Shown here: piece by piece, positions 50,052 through 61,893 of the stretch
How positions within the stretch are numbered: the stretch's first letter is position 1
Layout: the number at the start of each line of letters is the position of its first letter
Assembly (NCBI GenBank): GCA_010909165.1
Contig: MU008171.1
Coordinates: 992,001-1,056,000 of the forward strand
DNA: 64,000 nt
Direction: 5' to 3'
Source of the DNA: Anthoceros angustus
Taxonomy: Eukaryota > Plantae > Anthocerotophyta
Notes under the pieces: generated by a model
The model's database searches: none
Told to the model about the DNA's origin: nothing
The model's input: the letters and a program-made list of their open reading frames with translations, nothing else
Translations under genes and position numbers: made by a program

Positions 50052-53000
50052 TATTGGGATTTACATTCGGTAATCATGCGGTTGAAGCATGTTACAAATG
50101 TAGTTCGGTAGTTAGCATTTCCGCTAGAATGCTTAGAAGCTTACCACTCCTATGCTATTTAAGAACATGATGTTACCTTACTTGATAATCAATGACAACT
50201 GCTCTTCCGTAGATTACATGCTCTCTCTTGCCATCTCCTGTGATCCACGATAGCATAATGCACTATCGCTAATAGCATTATGGTATCGAGCCCGATCCGA
50301 TTTTTGGATGTTGATCGCGAGGAGCGCAAGCGCAAGTGAGTGGCATCATTCGCGAGGAAAATGGCGAAGAGAAAAGGCGTGGTCTCATCCTCGCCGCCCT
50401 CTCTTGTGCCCAGTTGTCAAGGCGAAGAGCGATTGGAGCGCTCCACATCACAGCCTAACAAGATTGAGAGAGTCCACTCCTTGCTCAACGATAACAGCCT
50501 CGAGCTCCCAGGAGTAATTGTTTGAGCGGCAAGAAGATTTCTCAAGGATCAGAAGGCTGCCAGCATTGACACAAGCAAACCCCAAGAAGACGACTCAGCA
50601 CAGCTTCGTCTTCAACTCGCTGAACTCCAGCAATGCGCAAATGCTCAGTCTGACTTGATCAAGAAAATGTCTGGAAGCCTCCACATTCTTGACATCATCT
50701 CGCAACTTCATCCGTAAAGACTCTTCAATCCACGGTGCTTCCGGAAGCTCTTCTCATTAAGAGACATTACTCAAGCTTATGCAAGATGTCTACTTATTCG
50801 AGAGGATGAAGTGTATGATCTTTCCTTTCTGCTTGAGCCTCAGAGTACTGAGTGGGATTTTTCTCCGCAGCCCTCTTGTATAGAACTAGCCGCTTTTTCT
50901 TCAACCGTACCATGGCAAATCCAAAGACCTTTAGCTCCTCTTAAAATAGAATTCGGAGATAAAGATAGGTTCAATGGTGTTGACTACAACATCTGGGCAT
51001 TAAGACTGACCCAGATCCTAGAAGAGCATGAGCTTATGCAGATTGCAGATGGGTTAGACCCAAAGGTAAAAGCTCCCGCTAGAAGTGCTGATCAACAGCT
51101 TGAGTGGGAACGCAAAGATAGACGCACTAGGTCTATTCTTATTTACGCCTGGATAGAAACATGATCCCTCACACCATAGGAGCTGTCAATCTGCTGATGT
51201 GTGGAAGGTGTTTAAGCGGATGCAGGGATAAGAGCTCGGCATCCCTAGTACAGCGTATAGGGATTTTTCAACGAGGATGAAGGACGAGGAGCTTGTCGAG
51301 CTTACATCAACAAGTTTTGGACTTGTAGAGCCAATTTGGCCTCTGTGGAAACACCCTCACCGAGGTACAACTGTCGAGCCTCGCTCGAGCTATCAAAATT
51401 TTGTTGGAAGCCGAATGCAACCATTCGTGCGGCGGTCAAGCGTGGTCAGGCGGATACGACATTACTCTCGAAGAAGTTTTGGGTGCACTCCTCTTAAGAG
51501 CGTGCACATGGTCTTCACAAGACACGTGGAGCCACTACAAGCAACACGAAGGTGTTATTTTCTTCAAGAGGCGAGGCGAGGAGGTCGAGGTTTTCATTCT
51601 CGGGACAAAGGTTCCCCAACACTCGGAAGAAGTCTCTTACATGGCGGTGTAATTGTAAGAATCTGGGCACTTTGAGAAAGACTGCAGGAAAAAGAGAGCT
51701 GGAGAGCCTCGTAGGGATTCTCCCCCAGCTAAAAGCAACCTATCTGTCAAAGCTAAGCAGCCCACCATTTTAGCAGTTTGTCTTTCATCTGTTCAAACCT
51801 CTTTTGATACCTGGTTCCTAGATTCAGGGGCAACCAGCCACATCTGCTTTGATAGAAAGTCTTTCAGTCACTTCACTCTAGCAGCAGATGACAAGCAATT
51901 TGTGCTTTTGGGAGACGACAGCGATCTTTCCATTAAGGGTTCAGGTACAGTTACTATAGAATTACCAACCCTTGTGAAATGGCTACTAAGCCATATAGGC
52001 AGGCTGTGGGGTCACTCATTTACTTGTCAAACTGGACCCGACGATATATGAGGAAATTGTAAAGTCATCGGCCGGTTTTCTAGAAAACCAGGCCTTGCTC
52101 ACTTTGGGCCAGAAGAGGATTTTCGATATTTGAAAGGTACTTCAAGGAAGGATTGCGGTTTTGTAGGCATAAGGATGGTCTTCAACTCACGACCCTCTGC
52201 GATCACAAGGGCGGTGACCAGACACGGGAAGAGTGTGGCATATTGCATGTTTCTTGGAGCATCTCCGATATCTTGGTCTTCTAAGAAGTTTTGGGTGCAC
52301 TCCTCTCTTAAGAGCGTGCACATGGTCTTCACAAGACACGTGGAGCCACTACAAGCAACACGAAGGTGTTATTTTCTTCAAGAGGCAGAGGCGGCTTTCG
52401 TGGACGAGGCAGAGGTCGAGGTTTTTCATTCTCAGGACAGCAGCAAAGGTTCCCCAACACTCAGAAGAAGTCTCTTACATGTCACTGGTGTAAGATACCG
52501 GGGCACTTTGAGAAAGACTGCAGGAAAAAGAGAGCTGGAGAGCCTCGTAGGGATTCTCCCCCAGCTGAAAGCAACCTATCTGTCAAAGCTAAGCAGCCCA
52601 CCATTTTAGCAGTTTGTCTTTCATCTGTTCAAGCCTCTTTTGATACAGTTTCCTAGATTCGAGGCAACCACCACATCCGCTTTGATAGAAAGTCTTCACC
52701 ACTTCACTCTAGCGGCGGATGACAAGCAATTTGTGCTTTTGGGAGGCAATGATCTTTCCATTAAGGGTTGGCTATTACTATAGAATTACCAACCTTGTGA
52801 AATGGCTACTAAGCCATATAGGCGGTCAGGGTCACTCATTTACTTGTCAAACCGGACCCGACTGATATAACGAGAAGTAGGTCTTGTCGGCCGGTTTTCT
52901 AGAAAACCAGGCCTTGCTCAACGGGCGGTGAAGAGGATTTTCGATATTTGAAAGGTACTTCAAGGAAGGGATTGCGGTTTAGTAGGCATAAGGATGGTCT

Positions 53001-54242
53001 TCAACTCACGACCCTCTGCGATGCGGTGTGACCCCAGACACGGGAAGAGTGTGGCAGCATATTGCATGTTTCTTGGAGCATCTCCGATATCTTGGTCTTC
53101 TAAGAAGCTGAACACCATCTGTCTATCATCTACGGAGGTAGAGTATGGGGCCATGACACAGGTTGCCAAGGAAGTCAGCTTATGGGTCAGAAGTTTCTTG
53201 ACAGGCCTACGACAACTCCAACCAGGCCCTACTCAATTGTGGTGCGACAACCAGTCAGCTATTGCCTTGTCCAAAAATCCTGTATTTCATGCGAGATCAA
53301 AACACATAGAGATCTCTCATCATTTTATAAGCGGGTTGTGGACAGCAAGGAGGTAAGTGTGTCTTATGTTCCTACTAGTGAAAATCTGCAGACTTGCTTA
53401 CGAAGGCCTTGACCAAGGCAGTTCATGAGAAACATGTCATTGCTATAGGTGTGTGTGATATTCCTTGAAAAGGAGGAAAAGCTCACTAGAATTTTCCTAC
53501 TCTTGTCACCCAATGGGAGCTAATCACTAGAATTTTCCTTCTCTTCTCCTTTGGTTGTTTTGAGTCCTTTTGTACCTTGCTTCACCTCGACCTTTAGAGT
53601 TTCCTGTAAGTACACATATTCTTGTACATCCGAGACAACAAAGGCCACTATGGAGCTTGAAGTCCAATCATGTAGAAGAGGATTGGGCGACAATGGCGAA
53701 CATCTGGAACTGAATCGAGGAGCGCAAGCGCAAGACCGTGAAGATGTTCTCTTTCTATTAATGTTTTCCTTGACGTAATCAGAGACTCATGTCACGTGCA
53801 CATGTGATTATGAACTCAAGCATGAGGAATCATTCCTTTTTAGCTTCAGGGCTTGAATGCCATTAGCTACAAGAGAGACTCATGTCCTGGTGCACATGTG
53901 ATTATGAACTCAAGCATGAGGAATCATTCCTTTTTAGCTTCAGGGCTTGAATGCCATTAGCTACAAGTTCTAGTATGTACAGTTCTATTCCAAATGCTCA
54001 CTAAGTGGGAGTATTGGGATTTACAGGTAATCATCTAGTTGAAGCATGTTACAAATGTAATTCCGGTAGTTAGCCTTTCCAGTTAGAACAGTTAGAACAG
54101 TTACCACTCCTGTGCTATTTAAGAACCTGATGTTACCTTACTTGATAATCAATGACAAATCTGTTCTTCTCTAGATTCTGTGCTCTCTTGCCATATCCTG
54201 TGATCCACAGATAGCATAATGCAGCTATCGCTAATAGCATTA
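50052..54242 (+). mobile_element. Internally deleted Ty1/copia (copia-C, 4191 bp) with TA...TA LTRs and AAGTG target duplication
   Basis: LTRs at 50052-50280 and 54012-54242, PBS at 50281, PPT at 54003-54011, and TSD at 50047-50051 and 54243-54247. It has gag, a zinc knuckle and WFLDSGATSHIC, then jumps straight to the RT end and RNase H (LWCDNQSAIALSKNPVFHARSKHIEI). No integrase. Confidence 0.9.
53778..53966. repeat. Two direct repeats of about 95 bp in the copia-C 3' UTR
   Basis: agagactcatgtc..gtgcacatgtgattatgaactcaagcatgaggaatc..gctacaag occurs twice. Confidence 0.9.
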
Positions 54243-54984
54243 AAGTGTGCCAGCTCCTTGAAATGGATCCTCTTCTGGGGCGACTCCAATCACCAAGGCA
54301 CCATCCGCAACCTGCTCATTTTCGTACTGGGCTTGCGAAAGCGAACGTTCGATGACACATTCCAGGACTCCGCCGACAAGTCCCAGACCCTGCGCATCAC
54401 GAGCATCTTCGGCGGGCACTCCAATGATACCAAGAACGACCTGGGCCTGAAATTCCCGTCCCACGGGCCTTACCGCGACTTCATCCGCTCCTACTTCAAT
54501 AACAGCCAAGTGCCCAGCTTCATGGTACCGGTAAGAAGTCGAGAAATCTGACAGAGTACGCCAAAGAGGCGGAATCCGCAGCCAGCTTCTGGGCTCAAGA
54601 ATTGGACACTGGTGGAGAAGACAAGGTGAGGCCAGGGTTGTGCTTCGCACCACTGTGGCTTCGGCCGGCCAGTCCAGGCACATGGCCGCCAACCCACACG
54701 AAATGGAAGCCTATGACGAACTTCTGGTTGATTGCTTCCGGCATCCCACTCCAAGTGGTGGACGCCTACGACCTGACATTCCCTTGACACTTCGACAACA
54801 ACTGCAGCGATGGAGGACACTAGGGCAGACCTCCTGCTCTCAAACCCTGGTTTGGACAAAGGGCCATCAGTAATTTGTCGATGTAATGCTTGCTCACATC
54901 CTGCTCAACGTTGCCTGCCCGCAGCAAAACACGATGGAAAGGGTTGTGTACCATGGAATTCAGTCGGGGTATTGGTCCTCCAAT

Positions 54985-55345
54985 TCGGACTGGTTGGGAT
55001 TGTGACGGCTGCTTTCCATTGCAGCAAGTTTGACCAGGGTCTAATTCCGGCTGGTTGGAGAGCAAAGGCCTGTCCATTGCTGACGAGATTTCAAGACTGG
55101 AGTAACTTCTCGAATTCCGACTGGTTGAAATTGTGACCTTTGCTCTCCATTGCTGCAAGTTTCACCGGGGTCTTCCAATCCGACAGTACTGGTTGGAATT
55201 GTGAACGTTGCTTTCCATTGCTGACGAGTTTCACTGGGGTCCTCCAAGATTGATTGGTGGAATCGTGACCCGCTGCTTTACATTGCGAATAAGTTTCATC
55301 CAAGCTCTTCAAGTCGGACGGGTTGGAACTGTGACCGGTGCTTTC
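54985..55345. repeat. Degenerate repeat of about 60 bp, 5-6 copies
   Basis: ggttggaattgtga..gctttccattgc recurs near 54990, 55125, 55190, 55255 and 55320. Confidence 0.6.
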
Positions 55346-55799
55346 CATTGTTGTGCCATCCGCCTTATTCGTAAAGCCCAAAGTGCTTATCCTTGAGCAG
55401 GACAGTGTCAGGCGATATGGATGCTGCTTGGGAGAAGCGATGGTTGGGGAATTGAACGGGTGGTTTGTGTTACGACATGGGAAAGCAGGCGTTCGCAGGC
55501 CTGGAGGAGATTATGAAGATTTCTGTTGCCCAGACTTCAAGCTTGAGCTCATTCCTGGTTTCCTGGTTACAAGTAGTAACCTCTTCCCAGCCCACATATG
55601 TGATAGTGCACAGCAGGAGACTCCAGGAACAAGCTCAGGCTGCTGGAATGGAAATCGTGGTTTTTTTTTTTTTGGGGGTTGGGGGTTTAAGAGAGCTTGT
55701 TGCAACAATTCTAGGCGGAGACGTAGAAGGCGAGGAAGCACTCTAACCGAACTTGGAAAGTTTGCAGTGGCCGGACATCAAAGTGAGAAGCACAAGATT

Positions 55800-55925
55800 C
55801 GATAGGCTTCACATGGAAAGAACTTGTAAGATTATTGGACAGGCTGAGAAACGTGTCAACATTCGACAGGCTTCTCATGGAAAGCACTTGTAAGATCATC
55901 GGACAGGCTGAGAAACACTTGATCC
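55800..55925. repeat. Two direct repeats of about 63 bp
   Basis: aggcttc(t)catggaaag(a/c)acttgtaagat..ggacaggctgagaaac occurs twice. Confidence 0.8.
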
Positions 55926-56032
55926 AGGCCTAGGATTTGAAGCACTGAATGAGGTTACGTAGTAGAATTCTCACTTGACAATGTAGGACGAAGGCAACAT
56001 GCACATGATGTATTGGCAGCACATCTCATCAT

Positions 56033-56941
56033 CTAATGCAACTTGTTGGTACGAACCCACTTGGTGCTGAACTTCCATTCGAACAGCCTGTAGGTTCCCT
56101 GGTCGGTGACAGGCACCCTCGACGAGAATCCAACATACGACTTGTCATTCACGTAATCGGAAAGCTTCAAGCCCGAGTACTGGAGGCAGAGCTTGGCCTG
56201 CTTCTTGTCGGGCTGGCCGTCCGCAGTGAGGTTCTGGAATCGCACAGCCAGGTACTCCTGTCTGGCGTCGTAGTCGATGAACACGGCGATCTTGGTGTCG
56301 ATGAAGGAGGCTTCGTCCCACAGGAACTGGTCGACCACGGAATCCACGCTGTTGATGTCTAGGCCCACATGCGGGATGGCGGGATCCCAGTCGTAGGCCC
56401 GGGACGTGTCGATCTCCACAGCCACGGTCTTGGTCTTATCTCCGCGGAGCGACTTGCCGGTCGCGGTGTCGATCTCGAACAGGCCCAGGCTCTCGGATCC
56501 GCTGGCGCCCACGTTCTGGTCGGGCGTGATGGCGAATGCCCAGCCCCGCCGAAGAGGCGCTTCACGCTCCGCTCGCTGTCGCGGTCGAAGTCGATGACGA
56601 ACTCCGAGGAGAAGGAGGCCGCGTACTGGCTCTTCTTCTGGTACAGCTGCACCTTCTTGTTGTAGGCGTATCGCACCGAGGCCACGTCGTTGTCGTAGGA
56701 GAAGACGATCTGGCCGGCCGGGTCGGACGGCGTGCAGATGGCTGTCGCGGGCGAGTCGATGGAGCCGCCGTAGCTGCAGTTGAGCGCTGAGGTGAATGGC
56801 GGGTAGGAGGCTCACTCCCTTGGGCAGGTGCGCATCCTGACCAGCTCCAAGCCTCGTGGCTGCCGCTGGTACTGGGAAGCTACTGCTCGCCAGAACAAGC
56901 AGCGCCAGCAGGAGCAGCTGCGTCGCCCGAGCTACTGCCAT
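56033..56941 (-). CDS. Secreted legume (L-type) lectin domain protein, single exon, no kinase
   Basis: Signal peptide MAVARATQLLLLALLVLASS. Lectin motifs SFSSEFVIDF, GWAFAITP, VAVEIDT, PHVGLDINS, FIDYDA, YVGFSS and LFEWKFST. Two compensating frameshifts (about 56790 and 56550) are probably sequence errors. Confidence 0.88.
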   Translation of the reverse strand: MAVARATQLLLLALLVLASSSFPVPAAATRLGAGQDAHLPKGVSLLPAIHLSAQLQLRRLHRLARDSHLHAVRPGRPDRLLLRQRRGLGAIRLQQEGAAVPEEEPVRGLLLLGVRHRLRPRQRAEREAPLRRGWAFAITPDQNVGASGSESLGLFEIDTATGKSLRGDKTKTVAVEIDTSRAYDWDPAIPHVGLDINSVDSVVDQFLWDEASFIDTKIAVFIDYDARQEYLAVRFQNLTADGQPDKKQAKLCLQYSGLKLSDYVNDKSYVGFSSRVPVTDQGTYRLFEWKFSTKWVRTNKLH

Positions 56942-58032
56942 GGTTCGTTCAATTCGGAACCCAGAATCGGAAATCGAAATCGGACGGCGGATGTGGTGGC
57001 ACTGCGTGGAGGCAGAGGAAGCAATGAGCAGAAGATGAGGTGAGGTTGTGCCCTGTTGTTGGCTCATATAAAGGGGTGGAATGCGGCGAGGGCAGGAGCC
57101 AGGAAGGTTCATTCTGCTTGGAACCACACCTGTCCGCGGGTCGTCGTCGTTTGCAGCTGTACAAGTAGCAACAACAGAGAAGGTTCATCCGCATACCTGC
57201 TCTCATCAGTCCTACAGGTGGATTTCCGACCACCTGCCACAGGACTTTCAAATGAGCAGGACTCTTTTGCATTTGGTGGTGACTGTTTGATTATTGGTGT
57301 GGGTAGTCTGAAATTTCTGCCAGACGTCCTGCCAGAGCACCTAGTGACTAGTTAGTTAGTTGGATATATATTGGTGGTATGTCACATTGGCAGGCCTGTC
57401 GCAATTCTTTCCGCAAATCCTTGCTTCACACTTGTCCACGACTACGTGCCAAGTTAATCGAATATAAAATCAAGTAAACCAGTTATATAATTTAGTGTGA
57501 ATAGTTTCAAGATCTCAACGATTCTTGAGGTTTTAAGTTAAATTAGCACTCTAAGATTAAGCTTACATTTGGCTTAAAAGTTTTTTCAAGTATTCACGAG
57601 TTATGTCATTATTGATGGTTGAGGGTCTTTTGAGGTATTTATGGGCTATAACTGGTTCTGGTTCTGCAACCTCTAGGTTGAGGTGAGACATGATCAAGAG
57701 TCTCATCATCTCAATTGACATTCATGCCATGCAGTTCATGGACCTTCGGGACAATGGGCTAGATACTAGTTTGCCAACGTGAAAAGAGCTAAACACAAGA
57801 ATATTGTGTTAGAGGGTTATATCATTTATTAGATATGGAAAATCCAAGTGCACAAAGCTCTTTATGCTTTTACTACCAAGTTATCTATTTCACCTCCACA
57901 TCCCACTCATATCTTAGTTCTAGATGTTGTTATTTGGCATGATTGTCATGCATGTCTTGTGTGGAGTATGCGAATGCCTATGTGTAGTGTATAGTAGCAT
58001 GACTTGGTTTTTAATGTCTTAAATTATATTAT

Positions 58033-58052
58033 ACTATATATATATATATATA
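58033..58052. repeat. (TA)n microsatellite in an AT-rich stretch
   Basis: Directly visible. Confidence 0.85.
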
Positions 58053-58569
58053 TTCATAAATATATTAATTTATCAATTATAATATATTCAAAAAATATAT
58101 CATAAATCTATTTAATGAATTTGAATAATTAATACATTTAATAAAACTAACTATAATTACCTGCATTTTGCGGAGTCTGGAGAAATGGAGAGGATGTGTC
58201 CTAATTCGGATTATGCTTGGCCCTGCTCTGAAAGTACTAAAAGTTTGGGAAGCTTTCCTAGGGCTGCTCATTCTGGGAATACTCCTTCTATGAGGCAGAC
58301 TACCACTCAGTTGAGCTAATTGTCCCTTGAGTGCCATTCTCAAAGACGTGACAAATAAACTGCGTCGGCATTTTGCCTGTCCATGCACATTTCACGATGG
58401 CTGCGTGCTTGCATATTCCCTCATTCAAAATCATGCTAGGCAGTAGCTGTTACTGTGGGATGCATCAGAGAAGACTCCTGAAAACAAGGGCGTGGTGAGC
58501 CTGAAAGGATGCAGCTTCTAGTATTCATCGTAGGTGCACTGTACAGTTGAAAAGGCCGGCAGAAGTTGC

Positions 58570-59593
58570 TCAGAAATCGATTGTGATGTCCTGGCCGGGA
58601 ACGCAGCCTGACTTTGTGGACGTCTGCAGAACTGGAGCATGGTAGTCGTACAGTGTCTTGCTGATTTTGCGCAGAGTCTTGCGTGGCTGGTTCAGGGCAA
58701 CAGCCAAACTGCGGGAAGGCAGCTGAAACAGAGCTTGAGCTGCAATCTGCACAAAACGGGTTGTAATGGATGAGCATGGCAGCGGTCAGACATGGTATTC
58801 ATCACAGCAAACTGTTTAGACTAACAGTACTAGAACGGCAGAGATATGAGCTGTGTGTCTCTCATCAGAGAGGCTTACCAAAGAGCCAGGGTTCTCGCTG
58901 TTGAGTGAAGAAATGAACTCAGCATCCTCGGCTCCACATTGAGCTCAAAATGCAGCAATCCACGAGGGAAGACGGTCACGTCGCCCGGTCTGAGGATGTT
59001 GATGTGCGCGGTTCCTGCCACACACATTCATCCACCATCATTATGACGAGCAGGTGGGAATTGGTGCGCACCAAAATTCATGAACAAACGCTGTCACCAA
59101 GGCTTGCAAGATTCAGGTGCCTACCATTGGTGTCGACAAATCCAACTTGGAGCGGCCCGCCCGACAACATGGTGAGAACCTCCGTTGCCCTCGGTGCGTG
59201 TGCGGCAAGTTCTCACCGCACGGGAACAGCTTGAATCTCACCACCGTGATTCCTGTGACCTGCACCGCCACACATTCAACAATGCAGTTTCAGTGCCAGG
59301 CTTGGCTGCTGCTGCAAATTTAAAGCTCAACACTTGCAAACAGACGCGGTTCATGAGTTGCAAGCGGCGCATTGCTGCAAACGTACTTGAGGGCAGGAAC
59401 TTGGCGACGGGAGGTCAGCGCGGATGCCACCCGGTCCCTGCACGCCGTTGTTTTGAACACGTCCCGGAAAACGAATTCCTCCACCCCAGCTTCGAAGTCG
59501 GTGAGAGGGTCGGGATCGCGCGCACGCCAGGAACAATGGCGAGGCTGTAGAGCAAACAACCCAGAAGGAAGAGCGCGGCACCCGGGACGCCAT
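58570..59593 (-). CDS. Germin-like protein (cupin) copy C, four exons, several indels
   Basis: [71 protein letters not shown]...SGCVPGQDITIDF*. Confidence 0.8.
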
Positions 59594-60705
59594 GCCCTCG
59601 CTTGTCTGTCTCGTCACTCTACACTCGTACTGTCTTCGGCCTTGTCTTCTGCTAGGACTGTCTTCCGCGATGGTGCTGTGTGCATCTGCCACTGGAGTCA
59701 CTGCTGTTGTGGATGAGATGGAGCGAATTGCAAGTCGGGAAGGACTGCCGATGGACGATGGATGACATGAAGCTCCTCGCCTTCCATTTTATGCGTAGCT
59801 GCAGCCGCAATCGCCGCTGCTGCTGCCTGCCACGGCCATTCCGTTGCCGTCGTTGACGACTGACTTGGGCTGCCCCGTACACGCGGTTTCGCTTTTCCTT
59901 GACTCCGGTTGCAGTTCGAACTCGGCGTTGTAGCGCATCCCAGTTTCAAAACGGAACGTGCTTCCAGCTTCCATCTTAATTTTTGAGTCCTCGGCCAGTG
60001 ATCGCTGCTGCTATGACCGCCTTGTTGCTTCGCGGAACCTCTCAACAGCAACACAGTAGTAGGACGCAGTGTGTCGATTGCAGGTTATGCCCATCATCAT
60101 GGGAAGCTTAAGAAAATAATGTCATTACTCATCACAGGCTCACAGCTGACGTCTGGATGAAGGATTCAGACATTCGTGAGAAGGACGCACCTTTGTAGGC
60201 ATATACTGTGCTTCACAGCAAAGGATCATGACTTCACATGTCTGGAGGGGAGGCATCTATCCCTAAGCATTGCAGCAAGGCTGGACACAGCTGAGCGTCC
60301 AGCCGTCCTCGCTCAAGGGCCGGGCCTCCCAAGAGCCTTGTCATTAATATTGTTGCTCTCCTAGATGGAGCAATACAAGTTATTGGCTTCGGGAGCATTC
60401 TCGCTTCATCCGGAGCAATGCGGCCAGGAGCAGCGGCAGCCCAGCAGGCCATGATTGGGAAAGTGTGAAGGGGAACTGGTGAAAATGGTCCCTGATTGGG
60501 CCTTGTTTTCAAAATGCTGACCTCACTACATTCTGGGCAGCTGGTCTCCAAGGCTGCTCATTCATAGCAACACTAAGCACTGAATTGAATAGACACGCCT
60601 TGAGTGCCCACTCATAAAACGAGTGCCAAAAAAATTGCACAAGCATGGTGGGTGTGTGCGAACACGCAAACACGATGCTATCGGCTACCACTCGGCCGAG
60701 ATGGC

Positions 60706-60845
60706 TCAGAAGTCGGTTGTGATGTCCTGGCCGGGGATGCAGCCCGACTTGCTGGATGTCTGCAGAACTGGAGCGTGTTAGTCCTACAGGGTCTTGCGGA
60801 TTTTACAGGGTCTTGCAAAGGCTTGGGTGGCTGGTTGAGGGCCAT
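60706..60845 (-). pseudogene. Germin-like last-exon remnant; its downstream flank (60205-60740) is homologous to 20369-20870
   Basis: ALNQPPK...HAPVLQTSSKSGCIPGQDITTDF*. The flank shares long blocks such as ggatcatgacttcacatgtc and gggcctcccaagagccttgtcattaatattg. Confidence 0.8.
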
Positions 60846-61689
60846 CGAGGCTTGCGTTCCCTTTTCAAGCAGGATAATGGCCGTGGGCTGTAACCGCCGT
60901 ACACTTCGGCGAGTGTTAGGCCTAAGAATGCGCCACTCAATCTATATAATAGTATCTTGTCCCACCCAGCCATCAGAATGGAACGTTTCAACAACCCACT
61001 GGGAAAGTAAAAGAAGAACATAAAACAGAAACAATTGGTACTTGCAAGGATTAGATGAACAAAAACCAGAAACAACAACAACCCACTTTTTACACTGATC
61101 GACTCCAGAAGCGGACTTCATTATACTCCAGCTGCTAGAACCAAAGTGGCAACGTCGACACCGGGGCCTGTGCACCTCATCTATCCAGGGGCTCGGGGAA
61201 CATGACCACATCTTGACGTATGCATCAATGACCCTGTAAGCCTGCAACGCCCAAGCCAAGCGCTAATTGTTTGCTTGGTTCAAACTCTAGCCTCTCTCCT
61301 CTCACCAAGTGTGTGCAAGGCTTGGTGCGGAAATCACGGCAATTATACAAAGACGGTGAATTCAGCGTTGGTCGCTTCGGACCAAACACCACGTGGGCGT
61401 GGCACCACACGGAGTGATGTGCTTTGTCACACGTCGACGAGTCTGGGCGTCGCGAGTGCCCATTGGCCAAGAGTGCGAGCCTCATCAGCTGCGAGCGCAG
61501 GTGTCGGCTCATTTCTGGGAACACAGCAGATTCTAGTCAGTGCCTGGAGCCTGGAGTCAAGCTAAGAAATGGCGCGTCCCACAAACCAATTCTTTGGACT
61601 CCGGTCACAGATGCAAGCAAGCGACTGCAAAATAGGTCATAGACGTGGGACCGACACCTTCGCCCACCCACTAGCTGCGCTCTTGGGCA

Positions 61690-61696
61690 TATAAAT
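61690..61696 (+). promoter_or_regulatory. Putative TATA box of germin copy D
   Basis: TATAAAT about 200 nt upstream of the ATG. Confidence 0.5.
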
Positions 61697-61893
61697 GCAG
61701 TTGTGAGGCCCGTTCATGGGCATCCACTGCTTGGGCTCCTCACCAAGTCGATCACACCACCTCATCTCCAACACCAGGAGCACAGCCTACACGGCTCCAA
61801 CTGCATCGCTCGGTCGCAGACCGTTCATTGTTCCCAGACTCTTTCTCAGAGACAAGTGCGTAGTTTCGTACTCAGCTACAGCTCTCGACAAGT

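Larger units (their letters stand above)
48480..54925 (+). pseudogene. At3g06150/At5g19060-like (SGNH/NXPE-type) gene disrupted by copia-C
   Basis: CDGSAGGIESNG..YDLEAAWK|CASSLKWILFWGDSNHQGTIRNLLIFVLG..LRITSIFGGH, then RTTVASAG..ANPHEMEAY and VVDAYDLTFP*HFDNNCSDGGH*GRPPA. Two in-frame stops. The family match is recalled from the Arabidopsis protein. Confidence 0.75.
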
